From: an uncultured Nitrospiraceae bacterium
Lineage (GTDB): Bacteria > Hydrogenedentota > Hydrogenedentia > Hydrogenedentales > SLHB01
Assembly: GCA_964632865.1 (NCBI GenBank)
Contig: CAZWDH010000003.1
Coordinates: 1-61,435, forward strand
Length of the DNA stretch: 61,435 nt
Direction: 5' to 3'
In this document: piece by piece, positions 16,083 to 24,867 of the stretch
Layout: each line of letters begins with the position of its first letter
Numbering within the stretch: position 1 is the stretch's first letter
Translations under genes and position numbers: made by a program
Notes under the pieces: generated by a model
What the model was told of the DNA's origin: nothing
The model's database searches: none
What the model saw: only the letters and a program-made list of their open reading frames with translations

Positions 16083-17905
16083 TGAGCCAAATTAGGTGCC
16101 ACAATCGGTGTCAACGCCGGCAATACCGTATGAACCACATTGACGAATGTTGGAGATGCTTCGTTCGGGCGAATCGTCAACCGCGCTCTTATGACCGATG
16201 GTGGGCGTTCGCGGTGGCCATTGCCCTCACCCTGATCTTCACCCAGCCGTTGTGCGCGGATGACACACCCGGCGGGGTCTGGGGGCCGGTCGTGCTCGCG
16301 GAGCGCCAGGGCGGCGTGATCCTCCTTCCCGACGGACGTCTGAAGCGATTCGTTTCGGAGGGTACGGGTGAGGAGAACGTGTACAAGAATTACTCGCTGG
16401 TCTCGTCGGATGGCGGGGTCACGTGGGGCGACCGTCAGTTCGAATACGAAGGCCCCCGCGCCAATCTGCCCTTGCTCGACATGGACGGCGAGTACCACGT
16501 CTTCCCAATGGTGGCCCGGTTGGAAGAGGGGAAGCGCGAAATCGCGGTCACCTACTTCATCGATATCTGGCACGTCAAGACCTCAGGAGGAGGTACGGCG
16601 TGGGATGCGCCCAAGCGGATCTTCGAAGGCTACGTCGGGTCGATCAACAACGTGACACAACTCAGCAACGGCCGTATCATCGTTCCCTTCGCCAAGTGGA
16701 TCGGCGGACGCCCGCAAGGTCCGCCGACCGGCGCGAACGTCTCGACCTGCGTGTATTCGGATGATGGGGGCGAAACCTGGTACCTGTCGCCCTCCGAGTT
16801 AACCGCGCCTTGTTACACGGACTTCAACGGCAGCGGATACGGCGCCTGCGAACCGGTCATCATTGAGCTGAATGACGGGCGGGTATACATGCTCGCGCGC
16901 ACGGAAACCGGATTCCTCTACGAATCTTATTCCAACGACGGCATATACTGGGAGCCGCTCCGCCCTTCCCGCTTTCTCTCGACTGACGGGCCGGCGGCCT
17001 TGTTACGGCTTCCCGACAACCGCATCCTCCTCTTCTGGAACGGTTGCGAAAAGCCCCCGCGCCACAACGGCGACGGCGTGTACGGCGGGCGCGACGCGTT
17101 GCACGCCGCCATCTCGTCGGACGAATGCCAAACCTGGCAAGGGTTTCGCGAAGTGTATCTCGATCCGACTCGGAACGAATCGCCCCAGAAAACCGGCGAC
17201 CGCGGCACTGCTTATCCCATGCCCTACCTCGCGCCGGACGGCAAAGTCATGGTCATGGCCGGCCAGGGGCGTTCGGGAGCTACTTTCCATTTCGATCCCG
17301 ACTGGCTGTTGGAAACACATCGGGAGGATGACTTCTCGAAGGGGCTCGAAGGCTGGTCCGTCTTCAAGCACTTCGGCCCTGCGGAACGCTGGTGGCGCGA
17401 CCGTACCCAAGGGCCGGTGCTGGTCGATCACCCCGAGATACCAGGCGCGAAAGCGCTCCACATCCGCCGCCCCGACGAGAAACCCGGCGACGGTGCGGTG
17501 TGGAACTTTCCCATGAGTCGGCGAGGCACGCTGACCATAAAACTGAAGCTCATGGAAGGTTTTGACGGCGCCGTAATTTCATTACTGGATCGGTTCTTCA
17601 ATCCAACCGACGAGACGGGTGATGAAGAAGCAATCGTTTCACTTCCAATACAATCTGACGGACACGTCTCGCTCGGCAATGCACTGCCCGTCGGAGAATG
17701 GTGCGTGCTGCGATTTCAGTGGGACATCGATAACCGCACCTGCACCGTTGACGTGAACGGACAGTGGGAACTTCATTTGAAGCCCCATTACCGGGAACCG
17801 CTTGGCGTCAACTACCTTCGAATCCGGTCCTCCGCAGACGCTGTCGACCAATCCGGCCTGTTGCTGGAATCGGCGCGCGCGGAAGCGGGCGGAGTTGCGC
17901 CGTAG
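16079..17905 (+). CDS. Secreted BNR/sialidase-fold protein with a C-terminal beta-sandwich (lectin/LamG-like) domain
   Basis: Asp-boxes SSDGGVTW, SDDGGETW, SNDGIYW and SSDECQTW. Hydrophobic leader WWAFAVAIALTLIFTQPLCADD. The start is uncertain: 16079 (ATGATGA overlap with the mscS stop) or the ATG at 16130. Confidence 0.7.
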   Translation: MMSQIRCHNRCQRRQYRMNHIDECWRCFVRANRQPRSYDRWWAFAVAIALTLIFTQPLCADDTPGGVWGPVVLAERQGGVILLPDGRLKRFVSEGTGEENVYKNYSLVSSDGGVTWGDRQFEYEGPRANLPLLDMDGEYHVFPMVARLEEGKREIAVTYFIDIWHVKTSGGGTAWDAPKRIFEGYVGSINNVTQLSNGRIIVPFAKWIGGRPQGPPTGANVSTCVYSDDGGETWYLSPSELTAPCYTDFNGSGYGACEPVIIELNDGRVYMLARTETGFLYESYSNDGIYWEPLRPSRFLSTDGPAALLRLPDNRILLFWNGCEKPPRHNGDGVYGGRDALHAAISSDECQTWQGFREVYLDPTRNESPQKTGDRGTAYPMPYLAPDGKVMVMAGQGRSGATFHFDPDWLLETHREDDFSKGLEGWSVFKHFGPAERWWRDRTQGPVLVDHPEIPGAKALHIRRPDEKPGDGAVWNFPMSRRGTLTIKLKLMEGFDGAVISLLDRFFNPTDETGDEEAIVSLPIQSDGHVSLGNALPVGEWCVLRFQWDIDNRTCTVDVNGQWELHLKPHYREPLGVNYLRIRSSADAVDQSGLLLESARAEAGGVAP

Positions 17906-17957
17906 CCGATATGACATCCATGTATTGCATCCAAGTCCGCAATGAATCGAACCTGCT

Positions 17958-19766
17958 ATGAGCAAAAAGACAAATCGACACACTCGGAAGTCCGAACAAC
18001 TTTCGCCAGAGCCAATCAAATCCGGCCGAATTGTCCTGCTCATCGGCGGCGCAGTCACCTTCGTCACGTTCGTGGCATTCTCTCGCGTGCTGTTCAACGA
18101 TTTTGTCAACTACGACGATGACATGTACGTCACCGCAAACGAAGCGGTAATGACCGGGCTTTCGTTGGAAGGCTTAATCTACATCATCTTCGACACAGCG
18201 ACCGGCAATTGGCATCCAATGACCATGCTGTCCCACATGGTAGATTCGACACTGTTCGGCTTGAATCCGATGGGACACCACCTGACGAGTTTGGTTTTGC
18301 ATACTGCAAACACCGGGCTGCTCTTCTTTGCTTTATACCGAATGACTGGGATGATTGGCCCAAGCGCCGCTGTAGCGCTCCTGTTCGGCATACATCCCTT
18401 GCACGTGGTGTCCGTTGCCCATGTATCCCAACGGAAAGATGTCCTGAGCACGTTATTCTGGCTCCTGACGATGCTCCTGTACGCCCGCTACGTGGCGACG
18501 GGGCGCGCCCGAAACCTCGCTGGCGCAGTCGCCACCTTTGGTATCGGACTCAGCGCGAAATCCATGCTTGTGTCCTTGCCGGTCGTTTTGCTGCTTCTGG
18601 ACATCTGGCCTCTTCAACGGCTTACCATGAATCATGGGAACCGTAGCGCGGCGATTCAGCAGACGATGCGCCTTCTACGCGAGAAGATTCCATTTTTCGC
18701 GCTCGCGTTCGTCCTTGCGCTTGTCACCTTCGCCGCCCAGCGCGAATCGGGGGCGACTGCCGCGCTCCAAGGACGACCGCTCTTCTTTCGACTTCAGAAT
18801 GCCACTGTTTCCTACGTGGAATACTTGATGAAGACGGTTTGGCCGACGGATCTTGCGGCGTTCTATCCCTATCCTGAGCAGATACCCTCATGGATGTTCG
18901 CGGGCGCTGCGCTGTTTCTCAGCGCCGTGACGATACTCGCGATCGCGTGCCTCAGACGCAGGCCTTACGTTACCGTGGGCTGGTTCTGGTACCTGATTAC
19001 CCTTTTGCCCGTCATTGGCATCGTTCAGGTGGGGGCGCAGGCCCGGGCAGACAGGTATACCTACGTCCCACTGATTGGCGTCTTCATTATTCTCGCATGG
19101 GGTATTCAGGATGCGATTCGGGCAAAACCGCGACTACGGTCGCCGCTGCAGGGAGCAGCGTGCGTAGCCACGGCCGTACTCGTCGTCCTCTCATGGATAC
19201 AGATTGGGACCTGGCGCAATTCATTCACCTTATGGAATCACGCCATCGCGGTGACCGACAACAATTACATCGCGCAATGCAACCTGGGCATGGCGTACGT
19301 GGAGGCGGGGGACTTTGCAGCGGCCGAACCGCACTTTCTGGAATCCCTTCGCATTGAACCGGATTTTGGTCTCGCCAAACACAACCTGGCCAACATTTAC
19401 GCGATTCGTGGCGTCCAACTCCGGCAAGCGGGGGGTCACGCAGAAGCGCTAACCAGCTTCGCCAAGGCACTGGAACTGGAACCCGGAGACTACGACATCC
19501 TGGTGGAGATAGGACAGACCTATGCCGCCGCGCAAGACTACCCCAAAGCAATCGAGGCGTATTCAGCCGCACTGCAACGGCAACCCGAAAGCGCCGAAGT
19601 CCGTTACTACCTGGGAATTGCTTTCGAGAAAGCTGGCGATGCCGCGTCTGCAATTCGGGAACTGGAAATAGCACTGCAAATCCGACCGGATTTCGAACGT
19701 GCCCAATCCGTCTTGGAGCGCGTCCGGCGCGACAACGCGACGGAAGTAACGCCGGGGTCCCGCTGA
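17958..19766 (+). CDS. Polytopic membrane protein with C-terminal TPR repeats (TMTC/PMT-like O-glycosyl/mannosyl-transferase family, DUF1736-like)
   Basis: 602 aa. About 10 TM helices with NDFVNYDDDMYV and GNWHPMT motifs, then TPR repeats (AQCNLGMAYVEAGDF..., YYLGIAFEKAGD...). Confidence 0.7.
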   Translation: MSKKTNRHTRKSEQLSPEPIKSGRIVLLIGGAVTFVTFVAFSRVLFNDFVNYDDDMYVTANEAVMTGLSLEGLIYIIFDTATGNWHPMTMLSHMVDSTLFGLNPMGHHLTSLVLHTANTGLLFFALYRMTGMIGPSAAVALLFGIHPLHVVSVAHVSQRKDVLSTLFWLLTMLLYARYVATGRARNLAGAVATFGIGLSAKSMLVSLPVVLLLLDIWPLQRLTMNHGNRSAAIQQTMRLLREKIPFFALAFVLALVTFAAQRESGATAALQGRPLFFRLQNATVSYVEYLMKTVWPTDLAAFYPYPEQIPSWMFAGAALFLSAVTILAIACLRRRPYVTVGWFWYLITLLPVIGIVQVGAQARADRYTYVPLIGVFIILAWGIQDAIRAKPRLRSPLQGAACVATAVLVVLSWIQIGTWRNSFTLWNHAIAVTDNNYIAQCNLGMAYVEAGDFAAAEPHFLESLRIEPDFGLAKHNLANIYAIRGVQLRQAGGHAEALTSFAKALELEPGDYDILVEIGQTYAAAQDYPKAIEAYSAALQRQPESAEVRYYLGIAFEKAGDAASAIRELEIALQIRPDFERAQSVLERVRRDNATEVTPGSR

Positions 19767-21182
19767 TTAGCGCGCGGGACGATTCTTCTCATCCGAAAGG
19801 AAGAAAATGAACCACGTCGTAATGATCGCGGAAACGGTGAACGTGCCATGGACAAAAAACAGCGACGCGTGGCGCTGGGTGATGACAGAGAACATGCTTT
19901 CACCGTCGGGCGGGAAGAAGAACTCCTTCAAGAAAAACGACCGCACGCAGGCTACGGCGTAGCACGCCCACAGAACGAGCAAGAATATCCGGCGGATCGG
20001 CCGCGGCCCCTGCTGAAATCGGAACGTGAAATAACCGACGGCGACCGTGACGGCCAGCAAAATCAAAAGCTGCACGGGCACGGGTAGCGCGTATCCGAAC
20101 CGTTCGGGATCGTCCAGGTCTCGCACATAGTCGAGCACGCAATGGAACACCGTGAGTGTGACGGCGACTTGCCATGCGGCAAGAATGGAACGCAATCCCA
20201 GGATGATGCATAGGCCTCCGAAGAAGACGAATCCGAACAACACCCGAAAGAGGTCACGCACGAGGAGAGCAGATAGTGTGCGGCTTTCGGCGATGCCTTC
20301 GGGGAGGAGACTACCCACGACCGGGTAAGCAATGAACACCGCCGCGACGAAGGCGAAGAATACACCGACCGGACCCCAGGCAGCCGGCGGCGCCTCTCCT
20401 TCCTGCCCTGCAACGTACAGCCGCTCGCGATTCAAATACGCGCAGTAGCCAAGCGCCGCCCCCAGAATGAGGCCAAAGGAAAACTCCATCGCTTTCCACC
20501 ACCCGACCCATTGCTGCGGAACGGGCAACTGCGGCCCGAAGACCATCCATAACGCGCCGCCGCCAAAGCCAATCGCGCCGCCAAGCGTCCCCCACAGGGC
20601 AAAGCGGAACGGCACAGCGAATGCCTCGGCCGAACCGCGGTACCGGAGATACCCCAGGAACGTAATCGCCGCGAAGAGCAGTCCTGCCCACGATTCATCG
20701 CGTGGTTTGTCGAGCCGGTTGGAGAAGTAAATGAGTTTCGGATCGTTGATCAGTTTGACGCCAACATAGAAGGCAACCACCGTCAAGACGAACGCCACGG
20801 TTAGCGTCTTCACATCGTAACGGTCGCGGGTAAGCCCCGTGCCCAGCACCGCGCCGCCGAGCAGTCCCCAGATTCCACCCTTGATCAGGCATCCCAACAG
20901 ACCCCACAGCACCGTGTCGGATTCCCTCAAGAAGCCAAGGGTCTGCCCATACGTCATATCGCCGCCGTAACCGATGCCGACCGCGCCGAACAATGCCGCC
21001 ATCGCCGCGGTTTCCATGCGGTACCCAAGCAGCAACGACAGGCTGAGCGCGACAAAGCACCCCGGAATCAACGCACCAAAGGGGCCGCCGCCGATATACC
21101 CGCGCAGACCCCAGCCCAACAACATGGTAATCGCCGGAAAAACCACATAGATCCACACCGGGTGTTCAGGCTTCGGCTTCAT
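19767..21182 (-). CDS. Polytopic integral membrane protein of unknown function, Gly/Trp-rich (about 12 or more TM segments)
   Basis: ATG at 21182 (MKPKPEHPVWIYVVFPAI...) with an AAGGAG RBS. No motif that I recognise. Its stop abuts the stop of the convergent TPR gene with zero gap. Confidence 0.6.
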   Translation of the reverse strand: MKPKPEHPVWIYVVFPAITMLLGWGLRGYIGGGPFGALIPGCFVALSLSLLLGYRMETAAMAALFGAVGIGYGGDMTYGQTLGFLRESDTVLWGLLGCLIKGGIWGLLGGAVLGTGLTRDRYDVKTLTVAFVLTVVAFYVGVKLINDPKLIYFSNRLDKPRDESWAGLLFAAITFLGYLRYRGSAEAFAVPFRFALWGTLGGAIGFGGGALWMVFGPQLPVPQQWVGWWKAMEFSFGLILGAALGYCAYLNRERLYVAGQEGEAPPAAWGPVGVFFAFVAAVFIAYPVVGSLLPEGIAESRTLSALLVRDLFRVLFGFVFFGGLCIILGLRSILAAWQVAVTLTVFHCVLDYVRDLDDPERFGYALPVPVQLLILLAVTVAVGYFTFRFQQGPRPIRRIFLLVLWACYAVACVRSFFLKEFFFPPDGESMFSVITQRHASLFFVHGTFTVSAIITTWFIFFLSDEKNRPAR

Positions 21183-21401
21183 AGGTCCCCTGCTCTCCTT
21201 CTTTCCCGTAGTTTGACATCGGTCGAGCCCATACGTTACCAACTGCCTCTTGGGAATGAAAGGCGCGTCCATCCGCGTACTCGGGGAGTGAGTCGGAAAC
21301 CTCTACCCATTGGCTCCGTCGCGGAGCGTTCTCGCTCCGATCGATGGAATCGCATGATTTGCATCACTTCGGCGCCAACCATAGGCGGGTCCAGGCAGGA
21401 A

Positions 21402-22751
21402 ATGACGAACCAGCGGCACAGTACCACGCCGATTCTCTCAACGCCGATATTGCTCGGTGTTCTCGTCTTTTCCGCAATCGTGGTCGCGCGCGCGGAAACA
21501 CCGAATGGTCCCTCAGGTACTTCCGGCCGAATCCGGGGCGATCTGAACGTCTGGGCGTGGAGCATCGCGGCCGCCAGTCTGGAGGAGCGTATCCCTGCGT
21601 TCCGTGAGATGTATCCCAGTGTCGGTATCAACATCAACATGAGCGGTTCAAGCACGGCGAATCTGCGGTTGATGTTGACTTTGTCGTCGGGAGTCGGCGC
21701 GCCGGACGTATCGCAGATCGAGATTGCAAACGCACCCCGTTACAGCATGACCGGACGCCTGACTGATCTCACCGAAGTCGCCGCGCCTCACGCGGATCTC
21801 TTCGTGCCCGCCAGCTGGGCGAATTGCACGCTCAACGGCCGCATCTACGCCATCCCCTGGGACGTCGGGCCCTGCGCAGTGTTCTACAAACGGCCGGTTT
21901 TCGCGCGGTATGGAATCGATCCCGGGTCAATCGACACTTGGGCCGACTACATCGACGCGGGCAAGAGGATTGTCGAACGTTCCGGCGGAGAAACAAAGAT
22001 GCTGACCCTCCCCGCCAGCTACGTGTCCACCATGTTCGAGATTCTGCTTCAACAAAACGGCGGCCAGGTGTTCGATGACCACGGCCGCGTTGCCATTGAC
22101 TCAACGCAAGCCCGCGAGGTGATGGCGGTCCTGGAATCCATGCTTACCGCTGGCATCGCCTCCAATACCGCCGTGTTCAGTCAGGCCTTCTACACATCGC
22201 TGAGCACGGAAGAGATTGCATCGTTTCCCATGGCCGCTTGGCTCGGTGGTTTCATCAAGAACTATGCCCCCGAGACCTCCGGAGAATGGGGCGTGTTTCC
22301 TTTACCGGCCTTAACGCCGGGAGGATTGCGAGCGAGTACAGCCGGGGGATCGGTCCTCTTCATACCCGCGCAAAGCACACACCAGGATGCCGCCTGGGCC
22401 TTCGTTCGTTTCATGTTGTGCAACGAGCAATCTCAACTTGCACACTACCGTAATTTCGATCTCTTTCCAGCACTCCTCACGACGTATGATGATCCATTCT
22501 TCGACGAACCGGACCCGTTCTACGGCGGCCAGAGAGTGCGTAGACTTTTCGCGAAAGATATTACGCGGATTCCACAATTGAACCGGACCGAAGATTGGCG
22601 AGAAGCCTCTCGCTACATCTCGCAAGAGATGAGCCACTGGGCGACCAACGAATGCCAGGAAACGGACGCGATGCTTGCTCGATTGGCTCGCCACTTGAGC
22701 GAACGGCTACGGCGGGAACTTGCCCCGCAAGTGCCGGAGGGCACCCCGTGA
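21402..22751 (+). CDS. ABC sugar transporter substrate-binding protein (CUT1, family 1 SBP)
   Basis: ATG at 21402 gives MTNQRHSTTPILSTPILLGVLVFSAIVVARA. Typical SBP_bac_1 length and composition, followed by two permeases. Confidence 0.8.
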   Translation: MTNQRHSTTPILSTPILLGVLVFSAIVVARAETPNGPSGTSGRIRGDLNVWAWSIAAASLEERIPAFREMYPSVGININMSGSSTANLRLMLTLSSGVGAPDVSQIEIANAPRYSMTGRLTDLTEVAAPHADLFVPASWANCTLNGRIYAIPWDVGPCAVFYKRPVFARYGIDPGSIDTWADYIDAGKRIVERSGGETKMLTLPASYVSTMFEILLQQNGGQVFDDHGRVAIDSTQAREVMAVLESMLTAGIASNTAVFSQAFYTSLSTEEIASFPMAAWLGGFIKNYAPETSGEWGVFPLPALTPGGLRASTAGGSVLFIPAQSTHQDAAWAFVRFMLCNEQSQLAHYRNFDLFPALLTTYDDPFFDEPDPFYGGQRVRRLFAKDITRIPQLNRTEDWREASRYISQEMSHWATNECQETDAMLARLARHLSERLRRELAPQVPEGTP

Positions 22752-23671
22752 GCGCGCCACCGCCAGACGGCCGGCGGTACGCAGAACGAATCCGCCGCAA
22801 TGGGCACTTTTACCTCTTCATTTCGCCGTTCTTCGTTCTGTTCGCGGCGTTCGCACTCTACCCAATCGTCTTCTCGTTTCTGCTGAGCTTCACCGAGTGG
22901 GATGGATTCGTGCCTATCAAATGGGTGGGACTGGACAATCTCCGCCTTGCCGCGCATGACGAAGCGTTCTGGAACTCGTTGTGGAATACGCTCGTCATCT
23001 GCGTCCTCTACATTCCGCCCATGCTGGTCGCCGCGTTTCTCTTGGCTGTGCTCCTCAACGCCACGTGGCTCAAGTTCAGGAGCCTGTATCGTGCCGTATT
23101 CTTTTTGCCTGTTATCACGCCGATGGTGGCAATTGCCCTTGTCTTCGGATTGCTCTACGACACGGATCGCGGACTGCTGAACGCGACCCTCGCTGCAATT
23201 GAAGAGGCAGCGCCATGGCTGGGGCTTCGCCCGCTGCCCTGGCTCACGAGCGAAACCTGGTCCAAGCCGTCTATCGCTATCCTGCTGATATGGCGATGGG
23301 CAGGATATGGAATGGTACTTATGCTGGCGGGTTTGCAGGGTATTCCGCGCACCTACTATGAGTCCGCACGCATCGACGGAGCCGGGGCTTGGAGCCGTGC
23401 GTGGCATATCACATTGCCCTTGATGCGCCCGGTGTTCATCTTCTGCGCCATCACCTCGCTCGTCGGAACGATTTACGCGTTCGACGAGGTTTTCATGCTG
23501 ACCTATGGTGGCCCAGGGCGTTCCTCGACAAACTTCGGGTTGTACCTCTTCAATACCTCCTTCGACGATTTTCGTTTCGGCTACGCGTCCTGCCTGGCGT
23601 ACGGTGTGGCCGCCGTGGTATTCATTGCCTCCCTGTTCATCCTGCGATTTCGCAGAAGCGATTGGAACTAG
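22748..23671 (+). CDS. ABC sugar transporter permease (MalF/UgpA-like)
   Basis: GTG at 22748 (GTGA overlap with the SBP stop, GGAGG 7 nt upstream). EAA-loop region ESARIDGAGAWSRAWHITLPLMRP. Confidence 0.85.
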   Translation: MSAPPPDGRRYAERIRRNGHFYLFISPFFVLFAAFALYPIVFSFLLSFTEWDGFVPIKWVGLDNLRLAAHDEAFWNSLWNTLVICVLYIPPMLVAAFLLAVLLNATWLKFRSLYRAVFFLPVITPMVAIALVFGLLYDTDRGLLNATLAAIEEAAPWLGLRPLPWLTSETWSKPSIAILLIWRWAGYGMVLMLAGLQGIPRTYYESARIDGAGAWSRAWHITLPLMRPVFIFCAITSLVGTIYAFDEVFMLTYGGPGRSSTNFGLYLFNTSFDDFRFGYASCLAYGVAAVVFIASLFILRFRRSDWN

Positions 23672-23675
23672 GGCC

Positions 23676-24539
23676 ATGGCACGGCGCGGCACATCCTGGT
23701 TTCGAGCGTATCGGTATCTGAGCTGCATTCTCGGACATGCCGTTCTCACGCTCGCGGCCCTGCTCTTCCTGCTCCCGTTCTATTGGCTGCTCAGTTCGGC
23801 GTTCAAGGAACCCGGGCAAATCTTTTCCGCACCGCCACAGTGGATTCCTTCACCCTGGCACCTCTCGAACTTCCATGACGTACTTAACCTGTCCAACGTC
23901 GACTTCATTCGGTCGTTTGTAAACTCGCTGCTCATCTCGGTGAGCCATTGCGGCCTGGTTTTGTTCCTGTGTTCGCTCGCTGGTTTTGCCTTCGCCAAGT
24001 ACCGGGACGCGCCCGGCCGACAAAGTCTCTTTGTATTCGTCCTGGGCACAATGATGATTCCCGGTTCCGTGCTCATCATTCCGATATACGTGATGATGGT
24101 GAAATTAGGCGGGATCGATACGTACTGGGCCATGATCGTTCCCGGCGCGGCGAACGCATTCGGCATCTATTGGATGCGCGAATACATCGGCGAGAACGTG
24201 CATGATGACTTGCTTGAAGCGGCGCGCATCGATGGATGCAGCGAATTGGGGATCTATTGGCACGTGGTGCTTCCCGTGATTCGGCCTGCCCTTGCCGCCT
24301 TGGGGATCTTTACCTTTATTTTCGCCTGGAATAATCTCATGGGATCATTAATCTTGCTGCATACCAAGGAAATGTATACGCTGCCCTTGGTGATCTACCT
24401 GTTGAACGGCGATTCCAGCATTCCCTATGGCATCGTGATGGCGGCAAGTCTGCTCGCGACTGCACCGCTCATCCTGGCATTTCTGTTTTTTCAACGCGAC
24501 TTCGTTGAGGGGATGACTTCTGGAGTGCTCAAGGCATGA
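23676..24539 (+). CDS. ABC sugar transporter permease (MalG/UgpE-like)
   Basis: ATG at 23676. EAARIDGCSELGIYWHVVLPVIRPAL EAA loop, 6 TM. Confidence 0.85.
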   Translation: MARRGTSWFRAYRYLSCILGHAVLTLAALLFLLPFYWLLSSAFKEPGQIFSAPPQWIPSPWHLSNFHDVLNLSNVDFIRSFVNSLLISVSHCGLVLFLCSLAGFAFAKYRDAPGRQSLFVFVLGTMMIPGSVLIIPIYVMMVKLGGIDTYWAMIVPGAANAFGIYWMREYIGENVHDDLLEAARIDGCSELGIYWHVVLPVIRPALAALGIFTFIFAWNNLMGSLILLHTKEMYTLPLVIYLLNGDSSIPYGIVMAASLLATAPLILAFLFFQRDFVEGMTSGVLKA

Positions 24540-24657
24540 GCCGTCGTTGCGGCCGGTTTCCGTGCGCGGAGCCGATGTGGTACTTTGCGGGTCGAATTCC
24601 GGCGCGGTAGTTCGTAGAGTTTTTCGAGATCGACCGGATCGTACGAGGGACGTGGTA

Positions 24658-24861
24658 ATGGCACAAAAGAAGGTGTGGCTGATTGGGATTGTCGTTGCAG
24701 CGCTCATCGCCGGCGCGGTATACGGGTATTATCTCAAAGCAGAATCCCAGTCGTCGGAAACGCAACGGGTCGACCCGGAAAAAGCGGAATTGATCCGTCA
24801 AGTAAACGAGAACTTCGGGAATGGTGTGCCACCGTCGCCCGGGCCACCTGGCCTGGAATAG
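24658..24861 (+). CDS. Small single-pass membrane protein (hypothetical)
   Basis: MAQKKVWLIGIVVAALIAGAVYGYYLK... with a GAGGGA RBS. 67 aa. No homology evidence. Confidence 0.35.
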   Translation: MAQKKVWLIGIVVAALIAGAVYGYYLKAESQSSETQRVDPEKAELIRQVNENFGNGVPPSPGPPGLE

Positions 24862-24867
24862 CTGTGG

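Noticed and set aside
22613-23749. 378-aa ORF on the minus strand
   Set aside because: It is antisense to the ABC permease gene, which has clear EAA-loop and TM structure.
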